Positions 17,378-27,077 of a DNA stretch of 32,322 nucleotides are shown here, one piece after another. Both the position numbers and the translations under genes were made by a program. Each line of letters starts with the position of its first letter. The stretch's first letter is position 1. Below the pieces are notes generated by a model. That model had not been told where the DNA came from and did no database searches. It saw only the letters and a program-made list of their open reading frames with translations. The stretch comes from a virus (lineage: Duplodnaviria > Caudoviricetes), in the IMG/VR virus record IMGVR_UViG_3300032272_000050, positions 1 to 32,322 of that record; one strand, 5' to 3'.

Positions 17378-17955
17378 GTTGTATAGGCCTCAAGCCACGG
17401 GATAGTGGGTTCTTCGTCATCCGGGTCTTCGCCCTCACGTTCCGCGGCATCAATTTGCTCTGCGATCAGGTGCAGATCGGTGAGCGTATCGCGCACGTCC
17501 CTGATGCGTTCTTTTGATTGCGAAAGTTTGGGCGCACAGCGAAGCGCAAGTTCATTAACAAACAGGTCGGTAAACAGCGCGTCCCATGAACCGGGTTCTT
17601 TTACCAGTTTTCCGTATCGGATTTTGACCGGGCTGGCAGCGTTGGTCAGTAACTTGTTGCCTTCAACATGCCAGCTGTTTTTTTTCTGGCCAACAACATG
17701 CCAAACGCGCAAACAGTCCGGCGGCAGCGTATATTGGAATGTGAACCCAAACACCGGCGACACGGCATCAGCAGCGGCAGAAAAGCGGGTAGCGATAAAG
17801 TTCCATTGATAGCGGCGCTGCAACATGTCGCGCACACCGTCAAAATGCAGGCGCACCTGAACCCCGCGGGCAATATTCTGGTGATAGTCAGTAATCGGGT
17901 CGTTTCCGATCAACGACAACGCACGGTTAGCCAGGGTAGTATTGACATCAGCCAT
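17374..17955 (-). CDS. Tail tubular protein A (adaptor, T7 gp11-like)
   Basis: NRALSLIG, WNF, YTLPPDCLR and DALFTD motifs; 193 aa. Confidence 0.9.
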   Translation of the reverse strand: MADVNTTLANRALSLIGNDPITDYHQNIARGVQVRLHFDGVRDMLQRRYQWNFIATRFSAAADAVSPVFGFTFQYTLPPDCLRVWHVVGQKKNSWHVEGNKLLTNAASPVKIRYGKLVKEPGSWDALFTDLFVNELALRCAPKLSQSKERIRDVRDTLTDLHLIAEQIDAAEREGEDPDDEEPTIPWLEAYTT

Positions 17956-17975
17956 GTTGATTGCCCTGGGTTAAA

Positions 17976-18176
17976 TTAGCTGGTTGCGGCGGGTGGCCAC
18001 GCTCCGGTTTCAACATCATTGATCAAGCGCTTAAGCGCCGCATGAACCTGGTTTTTACCCACGTCGCTATCAACAATCAGCGCGGCGGGTTTTGTGACAG
18101 TTTGCTGGCCCGCCGAGCGGGTCACGGCGGCGGGGGGCTGCTGGATATCAATTGAAATCGTGTGATAGGTCGCCAT
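17976..18176 (-). CDS. Hypothetical virion-associated protein
   Basis: GAGGT RBS; 66 aa between head and tail genes. Confidence 0.7.
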   Translation of the reverse strand: MATYHTISIDIQQPPAAVTRSAGQQTVTKPAALIVDSDVGKNQVHAALKRLINDVETGAWPPAATS

Positions 18177-18196
18177 TGGATTACCTCATGTATCTG

Positions 18197-18240
18197 AAAG
18201 CAAAAGCCGGGCAGATCAATTGGGCATAAACCCGCCCGGC
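18197..18240 (-). terminator. Probable intrinsic terminator after the capsid/decoration genes
   Basis: Minus strand GCCGGGCGGGT...ATCTGCCCGGC stem followed by TTTTGCTTT; a second hairpin TTTGCGC/GCGCAAA lies at about 18247-18267. Confidence 0.65.
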
Positions 18241-18275
18241 CGGTGTTTTGCGCAGGGAGAGCGCAAACCTGTTTT

Positions 18276-18770
18276 TTAGCCTACGATGCTGTAACGGCTA
18301 TCGACCACCAGGTCAGACGCCAGCACCGTACCGGCACCAGTTCGATTAACCCGAATGGTCAGCATTTCGCCTGGGTCAGACGTAAAACCAGCCATTTCCC
18401 AAAGCTCTTTGCCGTAGTTTTCGACGCCGATATTATCCAGCACGTCTTTGCTGCCGGCGGCTGAAATATCCAGGCCAGTGGCAAGTGCGGTCGGCCCCAC
18501 ACTTGTGGTGCGCGGATTAACCGCCGTGATCGAACAGGTGACACTGGTGCCGGTCGCATCGTGATAAAGTTTGCTGTCGGCGCGCACAATCGCGTTCGAG
18601 GGAACCTGCGTCATTTCGTACGCGCTGGCGGTTTCCGCGCCCGCGGTCATTTGCACATGGCTCAGGCCGGATTTAAGAACACCTTCACTGAGCTTGCCGT
18701 CAATAACGGCGACAGTCAGGCCCGCTGTATTATCGCGGTGACCGCTGCCATATTTTGTTTCTGCTGCCAT
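18276..18770 (-). CDS. Putative capsid decoration/minor head protein
   Basis: 164 aa, predicted beta-rich, immediately downstream of the capsid gene; AAGGT RBS. Confidence 0.6.
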   Translation of the reverse strand: MAAETKYGSGHRDNTAGLTVAVIDGKLSEGVLKSGLSHVQMTAGAETASAYEMTQVPSNAIVRADSKLYHDATGTSVTCSITAVNPRTTSVGPTALATGLDISAAGSKDVLDNIGVENYGKELWEMAGFTSDPGEMLTIRVNRTGAGTVLASDLVVDSRYSIVG

Positions 18771-18842
18771 TTTTCTAACCTTTCAAATAGCGTGGGATGG
18801 AGAGGCGGGGCCGCAACACAGTCGAAGCCCCGTCAGCGGTCT

Positions 18843-19745
18843 TTAAAGTGCGTATGGCTCGCAGATAATTTTCACAACCTTGGTTTCCTGTGTGCGCGTC
18901 GCGCCCCAGAATTCCTGGAAGTAAACCTGCGTGTTGTTCTTTTTGTCGCCGCGTTTGTAGACATCACGTTCGTGTTCTTCATATTCACCAACATGCATGC
19001 CGCGCGACAGCCACATCGGCAGCCACAAATCACCGTCCGACTGTTCAACCAAACCCTCATAAGGAATGAAGTTAATGCCCATATAGCCCTGGAAATCGTC
19101 TTCATCCTTGCGGGCTTTGGTGGCAAAGTCCTTACTGGTTGTGAAAATGTCCTCTGCCAGTTTTTCGTGCTGGTCAGCAGGATAGGCCAGATTAAGAACA
19201 TCAAGATCGACGCGCTCTTTATTCCCTTTCAGGATACGTTTTGCGCGGGCAATTTTAGTGGCTGTCAGCCCGAGCGGTGTCGCGCCGCCTTGACCATCAA
19301 AGACCGCGGCAACTTCGTTGCCCGACGGGAATGTTGTGGCGGTTTCGCCGTTTTCACCGGTGTAGTTAGTGCCGAAAAACGCCGGAATGATGATATCTTC
19401 ATCAATGGCGCGACCAAGCGCCATACCACCTGCAAGAACAAGGTCGCTGGTGGGGTCATCGCCGAAATTAACAATGTCCAGACTGTCGACCAGATCGCCC
19501 CACTCAATTTCGTTGGGGGACAACCAGCGACGGTCACGGGGCGTGCCCATAATCGGCGTATCGGCGTTACGGCCGGAATTTACGCGCGCTTTGGTGGTGC
19601 CAAATGTTTTGACTGGTGATGCTTTTTTGCCGGAATAGCCGGTACCGTGCCAGCAGTGCGGCAGCAGGACAGAACCCTGAATTTGAGCAACATGAATTGT
19701 ATTGTCGATGTAGCTCTGAATATTATGCGGTGAGAGATCAACCAT
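18843..19745 (-). CDS. Major capsid protein
   Basis: GGAGG 6 nt before ATG 19745; DTP...DRRW, ALGRAIDEDII, YMGINFI and GATRTQETKVVKI motifs of BPP-1-like podoviral capsids; follows the scaffold gene. Confidence 0.88.
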   Translation of the reverse strand: MVDLSPHNIQSYIDNTIHVAQIQGSVLLPHCWHGTGYSGKKASPVKTFGTTKARVNSGRNADTPIMGTPRDRRWLSPNEIEWGDLVDSLDIVNFGDDPTSDLVLAGGMALGRAIDEDIIIPAFFGTNYTGENGETATTFPSGNEVAAVFDGQGGATPLGLTATKIARAKRILKGNKERVDLDVLNLAYPADQHEKLAEDIFTTSKDFATKARKDEDDFQGYMGINFIPYEGLVEQSDGDLWLPMWLSRGMHVGEYEEHERDVYKRGDKKNNTQVYFQEFWGATRTQETKVVKIICEPYAL

Positions 19746-20004
19746 GATCATCCTCCAAAAATTATAACCAAAGGGTTTGATTTTCGGAGGGGATGCCCGC
19801 ATCTTGGTCGCAGCTATCGCTGCGCCACGGACCCGACCTTGCCCGTATTGTGGGCCAGGCACCCGGTCTTACCCGGGCGTAGCGGACAATGGCGCCAACA
19901 CGTCAGCGCAAGAGATACCCGCTAGGGGTGGGCCGTTACGGTGGCCCAGGCCGGGGCGTGTGTGCCCTGTCAGAAAAAAACGTCATACAAAACCACCAAT
20001 CCTG
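19746..20004 (-). promoter_or_regulatory. Structured 5' leader of the capsid gene
   Basis: At least six stem-loops, the last pairing the GGAGG RBS; a TTGACA hexamer overlaps the scaffold stop codon. Confidence 0.6.
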
Positions 20005-21012
20005 TCAAGAGGGATATGCAATTTTATAGAAATGCGCGCGCTTTGCGACAGCTTCCTTGTGGCCAGGATCGCGCGGATTGCGCAGGGCTTCCTGGAAGCC
20101 GGTGTCCAGTTTCAGTTCTTTCAGGGTTGCTTTCGCATCCGCGGGCGAAGTACCAAAACCACCAGCGGCGCCGCCAGATGTCAGCACATCTTCGCCCAGC
20201 ATGGTGCCTATTCTATGCATCATCCGCAACACGCCCGGACCACCCACCGTCGTCTCAAGGGTGTCGATGGCTTCAGCCTGTTTTTGATCATCATACAGGC
20301 CCAGATGCGCGGCTGCGGCTTTCGCCAAACTCAGGTTACCGTCATATTCACCGCCCCAGTCTTTTTTCAGGGCTTCCGTTGTCGATTTAAGATCAGCTGC
20401 AGAGGCTGCTGCAATTTGCTCGTGCGCCTCTTTCTGGTGGTCAGCAAACAGGGAAATCAGTGGCTGCAATTGCTGCGGCAATAACTTATGTTCAGCTGCA
20501 ACCTCTAAAACCTTGGCTTCGAGATTTTCATCATACGCCATGTCCTGCGGCAGCTCGGGTCGCTCAACCTTGTAACCGGTCGCATCGTCTGGGGCACCCA
20601 GCTTGCTGTAAAAATCGCCTGCCAGCGGATCAGCCGCACTAGGCAACTCAACGGCATTTTTATTACCGATCAATTTTTCAGCGCCGCGCCAGCCATCGCC
20701 GAGCCTGTTCAACAATGTTGGCAGGTCCATATCCTCGGACACATCAAGGCGCTTTGCCTTCATCAGGGCTAAATTTTCCTCTGACAGGCCATCAAAAAGG
20801 TTCTTTCCCGGTTCGGGTGCCGGTGCGGGTGCTGGTTCAGGTGCCGGTTCGGGCGCAGGCGCAGGTGCTGGGGCGGGCTCAGGCTCAGGCGCAGGCGCAG
20901 GTGCTGGTTCGGGTGCTGGGGCGGGCTCAGGCGCAGGCGCCGGGCTACCAGCCGGCGGGGTCGCTGGTGTCATCATTTGGGCGGCGGTGCCCGGTGCTGG
21001 ATCTTGTGGCAT
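20005..21012 (-). CDS. Capsid scaffolding protein with Pro-rich N-terminus
   Basis: GGAGG RBS; located between portal and capsid; AEKLIG, KLGAPD...Y, LKKDWGGEYD and PGHKEAV motifs. Confidence 0.8.
   Translation of the reverse strand: MPQDPAPGTAAQMMTPATPPAGSPAPAPEPAPAPEPAPAPAPEPEPAPAPAPAPEPAPEPAPAPAPEPGKNLFDGLSEENLALMKAKRLDVSEDMDLPTLLNRLGDGWRGAEKLIGNKNAVELPSAADPLAGDFYSKLGAPDDATGYKVERPELPQDMAYDENLEAKVLEVAAEHKLLPQQLQPLISLFADHQKEAHEQIAAASAADLKSTTEALKKDWGGEYDGNLSLAKAAAAHLGLYDDQKQAEAIDTLETTVGGPGVLRMMHRIGTMLGEDVLTSGGAAGGFGTSPADAKATLKELKLDTGFQEALRNPRDPGHKEAVAKRAHFYKIAYPS
20808..20945 (-). repeat. Degenerate 6-bp tandem repeat encoding (PA/PE)n
   Basis: Units such as CCTGCG/CCTGAG/CCAGCA/CCCGAA encode PAPAPEPAPAPE... 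Confidence 0.9.
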
Positions 21013-21301
21013 TGGTTAGTTCCTCCATTATCGGTGTTAAATCATTGTCATCAACATTGGCCATTTCGGTGATATGCAACCACACTTGGCGGCGGCCAAT
21101 TGCCATATAGGTTTCCGCGTCGCTGGCGTCGGGCACATAACAGTCTTCAAACGCATGGCAGCGCTGCGCCAGGTCAGCCAGAGCCAGCGGGCAGCTTTTC
21201 ACCATAAACCGGTATTCTCGGGTAACACCGGCCCAGCGGCCCGGGAAAAACTGGTGCAACCATAAAACCAGCGCTTCCAGTTTTTGCGATATACGGGTCA
21301 C
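20945..21301 (-). CDS. Conserved portal-adjacent phage protein (Bbp19-like)
   Basis: LADLAQRC...GRRQVWLHI motif; ATGA overlap with the portal gene. Confidence 0.7.
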   Translation of the reverse strand: MTRISQKLEALVLWLHQFFPGRWAGVTREYRFMVKSCPLALADLAQRCHAFEDCYVPDASDAETYMAIGRRQVWLHITEMANVDDNDLTPIMEELTNATRSSTGHRRPNDDTSDPAGW

Positions 21302-22992
21302 AGCGCTTGTGCCTCGGCGTCCGCCAGATTGGCCTGCGCTTCATTGCGGTTAATTGTCGAAGACACGTCCGCCGCAGCCAGCGCCTGTTGTCCAGCTTCA
21401 ATAGCCTGATTAGCCTGGCGGCGCGCGGCGACTTCAACTTCCGGGCGCAACAGGGTCGCAGGCGCACCCAGCGCGCTTTGCATAATTGCCGGTATCGCCT
21501 CACCGTTGACATGATCAGCCACACCAGGATCAAACTGGCTGGCGACACCAACCGACTGTAAAAATCGCATGGTTGAACTACCAGCAGATACCTTCTGCGC
21601 GCGGTCCATGGCGCTTTCCATCACCACGCCGATATCCCTGTTTTCAATCTCGGGCGGCGGCGGCGGCAAGCGCCGGGCGCGCTGCAGCTGACTAACCCGG
21701 CGCTCGATAATAGGCACCAGAAACGGCCCTTGAATTTGGGTCAGGTGCGGCCCCATTAATTGCAGGCGCCGCTGTTCTTCCGCCAGAAATTCTTCCGAGC
21801 TGATGCCGGTGCGGCCTTCACTGAGAACGCTGAATAGATTGAACAGAAATTTTTCCTTAATTTGTGTGCGTTCCTCTTTGCTCATTTCCAAGGCATGCTG
21901 AAAGCTGCCGCTTGTATCGAGAACATCAGCAAGTCGTTTGCCCTGTCGGCTGATACCACCAACGATGATGTTGCCCGGCTTCTTGACCAGTTTGTTTTTC
22001 ACATCTTCGTCGTGGGTCAGCAGCATCGGATCAACAGCCATGTTACTGGCCGTTAACATATCGCGTTTGATGATGTTGGCTGACTTCACCGTCGACAGCG
22101 CTTTTTGACCCAGCCCGCGGGCATATTCGCCGCGAATGCGGCCAAGGCGCAACCAGCTGATCGGAAACTCGTGGGTGCCGCCCACATGAACGGCGTGCGA
22201 AGTTTCCATCAGGATAACCACACTGGTAAAGGCAAAACCTTTTGGCCCGAGACGCCCTTCAGTAAAACCGGGGTTGCGCAGGGATACATGCAGCAAGCGG
22301 TGCAGGTGCTCATCCTTGCCGGTTTTTTTATTCTGACTACCAGCCTTTAGGGCATCTTCGCCGTATTGAGCGATGATAAAATCTTCACGCGCGGAATAGA
22401 GCCGGTAGTTAGCAATGATATCGCCGTCATCGTCCACCTCGGCGTAATTTTCACCTAGCGGCAACGCCCGGTCAATAAACCGGCCACTGCGCGGATCAAA
22501 GCGGTGATACATGGGCGAATTACCGAACAGCCCCGAGTCAGCAAGGGTTTCCGGCATCCATGTATAAAACGGGCTGATATGCGGTTCGAAGCTGTCGCGC
22601 ACCACCCGTGTTGCCTGTTCCAGCCACAGCTTTACCGGCTGAAATTTTTCCAGTTCGTCATCATCAAGGCCAAGAGTGAACCAGGGCACCGACGGGTTGG
22701 TGGTAGCACCAAACAACCCGCCAACAAAATTATCAAGCGCGTCTTCGCCGGTGTCATCGTAGCGGCCAAGCGACCGCTGGCGTTTTTTCATGCCAGCCTT
22801 ATTGGTAGCTTCATAGCGGGTAAAATCATCGCGCGGGTCACCCATGAACTTGGCAATTGTGCGCCAGTCGCTTTCCAGCGTGGTGCGGTCGGTTTGCAGC
22901 TTGTTTGCCTTGGCTTTCAGCCGCGTGGCTGAAATACCAAGCCCGTCGATCATATCGTTGGCGTGAACCGGTGCAGTTTCAATGGCAGGCAT
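21298..22992 (-). CDS. Portal (head-to-tail connector) protein
   Basis: 564 aa; TNPSVPWFTL, VKLWLEQ, YARGLGQKAL, DPML and FLVPIIER motifs of T7 gp8-type portals. Confidence 0.9.
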   Translation of the reverse strand: MPAIETAPVHANDMIDGLGISATRLKAKANKLQTDRTTLESDWRTIAKFMGDPRDDFTRYEATNKAGMKKRQRSLGRYDDTGEDALDNFVGGLFGATTNPSVPWFTLGLDDDELEKFQPVKLWLEQATRVVRDSFEPHISPFYTWMPETLADSGLFGNSPMYHRFDPRSGRFIDRALPLGENYAEVDDDGDIIANYRLYSAREDFIIAQYGEDALKAGSQNKKTGKDEHLHRLLHVSLRNPGFTEGRLGPKGFAFTSVVILMETSHAVHVGGTHEFPISWLRLGRIRGEYARGLGQKALSTVKSANIIKRDMLTASNMAVDPMLLTHDEDVKNKLVKKPGNIIVGGISRQGKRLADVLDTSGSFQHALEMSKEERTQIKEKFLFNLFSVLSEGRTGISSEEFLAEEQRRLQLMGPHLTQIQGPFLVPIIERRVSQLQRARRLPPPPPEIENRDIGVVMESAMDRAQKVSAGSSTMRFLQSVGVASQFDPGVADHVNGEAIPAIMQSALGAPATLLRPEVEVAARRQANQAIEAGQQALAAADVSSTINRNEAQANLADAEAQAL

Positions 22993-22996
22993 GGGC

Positions 22997-23230
22997 TTAA
23001 CTCCCTAACAGAATTTTGGTGGCAACAGGGGCGGCAGGGCTACCGCCTCCGCCCGCCGGGCTAGACAATAGCGTCGACGCAATGCCCCGCGCATTTTGGC
23101 GGCGCTTGCGGAAGGCATCGCCTGCAACACGCACTGCACCGGTGTTAACGTCAGGCAATTGAACATTTGGTGAAAGGTTGCCCGGGAAATCAGACGCATT
23201 TACTTTCGGGACTTTAGGCAGCATACACAT
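22997..23230 (-). CDS. Small virion protein (T7 gp6.7/7.3-like position)
   Basis: GGAG RBS; MCMLPKVPK start and RGIASTLLSS...KILLGS C-terminus typical of pre-portal podoviral proteins. Confidence 0.7.
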   Translation of the reverse strand: MCMLPKVPKVNASDFPGNLSPNVQLPDVNTGAVRVAGDAFRKRRQNARGIASTLLSSPAGGGGSPAAPVATKILLGS

Positions 23231-23804
23231 CGCAGCGAACTCCATTATTGGTGGCTGGTACATCGCCGTACCAGGCAAATTGTTTGAAGCTTTCGCCGTT
23301 CTTGCCCAACAACGGCAGATCAGCTTCAAAGGTGGCGCCCAAATATTCTATCCAGCGGCAATTGGCTGGAGCGCTTGCCATGGCCCGCACTTCAACCCGC
23401 ATCAAACCCAGCGAGCGCAAAAGCGGTATGGCGCTATCTTTGATAAACCGCGTCATTGCATGCGCAATTTCCCCGAAGCGCTCTGTGGCAAAAAATCCGG
23501 CACCGCAAACACCGGGGCTTTGGTTGGTCACAACCATCAAAGCCACAGGGGCGGTGCCTTCATCCGAGGAAAAAATTTTGAAATAGGGGCAATGGCCCGC
23601 TTGATGTAATTGCCAGTGAAAGCTGGCCAATTGTTCCCAGTCGGCGCTTTCGGTCAGGGCATACACTTCGCGCTGATCCTCGGGACGCATATGGCGGCAG
23701 ACATGGCGCAGCGCAACCAGCGTCGGGTCTTTCACCACCAAATCAGGCGATGCAACCGGAACCGCTACATCCCGCGCGGGATGGCTAGACACTGAAGGGG
23801 TCAT
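23214..23804 (-). CDS. GNAT-fold/T7 gp13-like protein
   Basis: HMRPEDQREV and RWIEYLGATFE...GKNGESF motifs; start uncertain (23804 or 23819). Confidence 0.65.
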   Translation of the reverse strand: MTPSVSSHPARDVAVPVASPDLVVKDPTLVALRHVCRHMRPEDQREVYALTESADWEQLASFHWQLHQAGHCPYFKIFSSDEGTAPVALMVVTNQSPGVCGAGFFATERFGEIAHAMTRFIKDSAIPLLRSLGLMRVEVRAMASAPANCRWIEYLGATFEADLPLLGKNGESFKQFAWYGDVPATNNGVRCDVYAA

Positions 23805-25275
23805 AACTCTCACTTTCAACTGATCGCAGGCCGTGTGGCTGGCTGGACCGGCCAGCAGGCGAGCGCACGCCGTGCAATCCGCGCTCGCCGATTATTTCCA
23901 TATCTGCATACCCCCCGGCATCGCACAGGTCTGACCATGGGTGGTTTTTCACCGGTTCCTCGGTAAATTGATCGGTGCCTTCGCGCCGCGCACTGCCCTG
24001 AATTTTTCGGTAATGATATTTGCTGTTGCAGGCTTTGCGGTACACCACACAGCTGGGGTCAATAATCACGCGCGGGGTGATCGCATCAATGCGTTCTTCA
24101 AAAAGGGTCTGGCTGGCATCAATGCGCGTGCGCGGATTATTGGTCATCGCAGGCTCAACCCTTATATCAGCAGCTTGCGCCACCTGGTCAATCCAGGGAT
24201 CGTCACTGTTTTCGGTGGCATTCACCGCCGCGGGGTCAGCAACACCGTAAGCCGGGATACCGGGAAAATCACGCGCCAGCAAGCGCCCAAGTTCCTTGCC
24301 AAAACGCGGGCCCGCGGCACCTTCCATCATAAATTCGCGCAATACCCGCACCTGGCCGCCCGGGGCTTGCTGTTTTATCAGAGCCGCGGGGGTGCGCCCG
24401 GCGTCAAGGCCAATAACCAGATCAACATTCTCAATCGCCTTCAGCGGCACCGGTGACATATGCACCTTGTCGTCATACTGGGTGTAAATCGGCTTGCCCT
24501 CGCGCGAGCGGGCGTAGCGGTTGTGAACCATGCGGTCCACCATCCATGGCTTGTTTTTCAGGGCCTCTATCTGGCGCTGGTAATAATCCCGCCCGCCCGG
24601 CAGGTTTTGCAGATTTTCGGCGCCAGGCTCAAGCCCGCCGGGCTGCACAAAAAATGCCATATTTTCGGGGCGGCTTTCTTCGGCAAATACATACATATAA
24701 TTGTCATCGTCGGGCGCGTTATAATCACCCAAAATGCCAGCCCAACTTGGACCACCGTGCTGCTTGCCCGGATAGCGACCATAGCGGGTCACCGCCCATG
24801 TAATAATTTCCTCGGCGCATAGATCAGTTTCGTTGGGCCACAGTCCGGTAAATTCAAGGCCGCGCATCGCGTCTTCAACGGCTTTGTCCTCAATGGCAAT
24901 AAAATGCACTTCACAGTCCATTTTTGTACCGTCTGCAAGCGCCCCTTTAATGTGATGCAGGCCCGGCACACCGCCGCGTCCACCGGTGAAACTTTTCGGC
25001 GCCAGCCCTTTTTTGACAGTCCAGTCCTTATACGACGGAATAGTGGTGTTTTGCAGTTGACGGTAGGTGTCGCGCACAGCAATCCAGCGAGTATAACGGG
25101 TGTTATCAAGCGGGCTCGGGCGCTGCATCATGGCCAGTGTCAGTATTTTATTGATCAATGTTGCGGTTTTACCGCTACCGACCGGGCCCCTGATAAAAGC
25201 AATTTCAGCCACACTATCAAAAAACGCCTGCGACACCGGCCCGGGACATTTGAACAAATGTGTCGGCGCGGTCAT
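23785..25275 (-). CDS. terL: Terminase large subunit
   Basis: Walker A GPVGSGKT, VRDTYRQLQNTT, RGLEFTGLWPNE Walker B, nuclease motifs IGLDAGRTPA and KNHPWSDLCDA. Confidence 0.93.
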   Translation of the reverse strand: MTAPTHLFKCPGPVSQAFFDSVAEIAFIRGPVGSGKTATLINKILTLAMMQRPSPLDNTRYTRWIAVRDTYRQLQNTTIPSYKDWTVKKGLAPKSFTGGRGGVPGLHHIKGALADGTKMDCEVHFIAIEDKAVEDAMRGLEFTGLWPNETDLCAEEIITWAVTRYGRYPGKQHGGPSWAGILGDYNAPDDDNYMYVFAEESRPENMAFFVQPGGLEPGAENLQNLPGGRDYYQRQIEALKNKPWMVDRMVHNRYARSREGKPIYTQYDDKVHMSPVPLKAIENVDLVIGLDAGRTPAALIKQQAPGGQVRVLREFMMEGAAGPRFGKELGRLLARDFPGIPAYGVADPAAVNATENSDDPWIDQVAQAADIRVEPAMTNNPRTRIDASQTLFEERIDAITPRVIIDPSCVVYRKACNSKYHYRKIQGSARREGTDQFTEEPVKNHPWSDLCDAGGYADMEIIGERGLHGVRSPAGRSSQPHGLRSVESESYDPFSV

Positions 25276-27077
25276 ATCATTTCCCCCGGTGCCGTATCGC
25301 GCGGGTCATCGTCGGGCAATACCAAATCAATCGGCAAGGCAAGACAGCGAGACGCAACGCCGGAAAATTTCATCGGACGTGGCCACGGGTATGCCCCTTG
25401 CGGCTTAAAGCGCTCAAGGGCTTGGCGCCACACACCGTTGTCGCCGGGCCGGCCGGCCCAGCGCGTCCCGGTAAATATTTTGATCAAACCGGCGTGGCCG
25501 TTGGCAACAAGCAGATATTGTTTTCCGCCCTTATCCACCACACGCAGCCCTTTGCGCTGCAGACGTTTATCGTAAGCTGGCGCGTCGGTGATATCCTTGC
25601 CAGAGGCATGGCGCACCAATTCGGATATCACCATACGCTGGCCACCAGTGAAATCGTCATCTTCTGCGGTCAACAGGTGCGCGAGGCACCCTTGCTGTTC
25701 GGTACCTGTCGCCGTCAGTTCGTGCAATTTGGCCGGGTCAAGCTGTTCAACGAGCCCGCAAATGCGCTCATGGGACACGCTGGTTTTATGAAGTGCCATA
25801 TCGGCACACGCCAGCAGGTTGCCAAACAAATCGGCTGATCGGTTAGTGTGGCCCATGCCGACAAGCGCGCGCTGATATTCGGCCAGCGTTTCATCGAAAC
25901 GATGCCACTGGGTAAAGAATTTGTGGCGCAACCCTGCGCCGATTGCGCGCAAGTCGCCGTCATCCAGAACCGGCACAGGGGTGCCGTCAGGAATAGGGTC
26001 AAGTTCGACAATCACCATTCGGTTTCTATCCTGCGCTGTCAGCGGCGGGATCAAAATCGAACTGAACAAAAAGCAGCTGCGCGCCTGAAACTGTACCCCC
26101 ACATGGTCGCTGCCGCCGCGCAGGATCAAATCACCGCTTGCTGCAACTCGCGCCAGCTCGACCACCTTGTTAATTTTGCGGTTGTCTTCCGAGGCTTCCA
26201 CCTCGTCCAGCTGTACCGGCAGGGTCTGATAACCAAGCGTTTGCCAGATAGAGGCCGCCGTTGCGTCACCGGCGCGAACAATGTTGCCAACAACCGTGTT
26301 AATAACATGCTGCAGGGTTGACTTTCCGGTTGAACTGTCGCCGGTTATCCATGTCACCGGACGCCAGCTAATCGCACCGCCCAGCATGGCCGCGCAGATC
26401 CAGCCAAAAATCAGGTATTTGTCAATCGGGCGGTTATAAAACCACTTGCCCAACGTGTCCATCAGCGCCGCACCGGGGTCAGACGCCGAATATTCCGTTG
26501 GTTTTACGCCTGTCGCCGCGCCGGGGTAAACATAGCCGTCGATCAGGCCGGGCGCAGCGGCGGTATATTTTTTACCCGCCTTGTCATAAAAGCTGTAAAT
26601 CTGATTGCCGGTATGCATCACCAGCCGACCGTTATCGTCGCGCCAACAACCGCGACCGCGCAGGCGTTCCGCTGGATCAAAAATTCCTTTCAGCGCTGCG
26701 CTGTCCATGAGATCATGCGAGGCATGCTCACAAGCGAAGCCGACAACCTCTGACGGGCTTTCCTTTGTACCTTTGCTCCAGCGGGGCCAATATTCCCATG
26801 TTTTGCGGCTGTCGGGCACAAACAGGCTTTGCACATCAAGCTTGCCGTGTTCCTTGCGTTTCAGCGGGATAAGCTGTTGCAGTCCGTCCAGGTAAAAATA
26901 GGTGCCACCGTTGATACCCAGCGGCTGCACGGGAAAGCCATCAAACCGGTCAACAGGATCAGGGCGGGCCGTTTTTCCAGCACCGCCGTCGCCGGGCCGG
27001 GCCACAACCGGCGCGTTGTCCAGCTTGTCACGCATCAGCGGAACCACGTCGGCGCCGTTTGTTTTTTTGTCAGTCAT
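25272..27077 (-). CDS. Replicative P-loop ATPase/helicase (primase-associated, SF3-like)
   Basis: Walker A GDSSTGKST, Walker B VQLDEVE, FLFSSI sensor, QDRNR arginine finger. Confidence 0.8.
   Translation of the reverse strand: MTDKKTNGADVVPLMRDKLDNAPVVARPGDGGAGKTARPDPVDRFDGFPVQPLGINGGTYFYLDGLQQLIPLKRKEHGKLDVQSLFVPDSRKTWEYWPRWSKGTKESPSEVVGFACEHASHDLMDSAALKGIFDPAERLRGRGCWRDDNGRLVMHTGNQIYSFYDKAGKKYTAAAPGLIDGYVYPGAATGVKPTEYSASDPGAALMDTLGKWFYNRPIDKYLIFGWICAAMLGGAISWRPVTWITGDSSTGKSTLQHVINTVVGNIVRAGDATAASIWQTLGYQTLPVQLDEVEASEDNRKINKVVELARVAASGDLILRGGSDHVGVQFQARSCFLFSSILIPPLTAQDRNRMVIVELDPIPDGTPVPVLDDGDLRAIGAGLRHKFFTQWHRFDETLAEYQRALVGMGHTNRSADLFGNLLACADMALHKTSVSHERICGLVEQLDPAKLHELTATGTEQQGCLAHLLTAEDDDFTGGQRMVISELVRHASGKDITDAPAYDKRLQRKGLRVVDKGGKQYLLVANGHAGLIKIFTGTRWAGRPGDNGVWRQALERFKPQGAYPWPRPMKFSGVASRCLALPIDLVLPDDDPRDTAPGEMI

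Noticed and set aside
18771-18850. Programmed frameshift/readthrough fusing capsid to the decoration protein (CTT TAA followed by a hairpin)
   Set aside because: The decoration gene is in frame, but an in-frame TGA intervenes; the +1 frame stops after 3 further codons and the -1 frame stops at TAG before the next gene.
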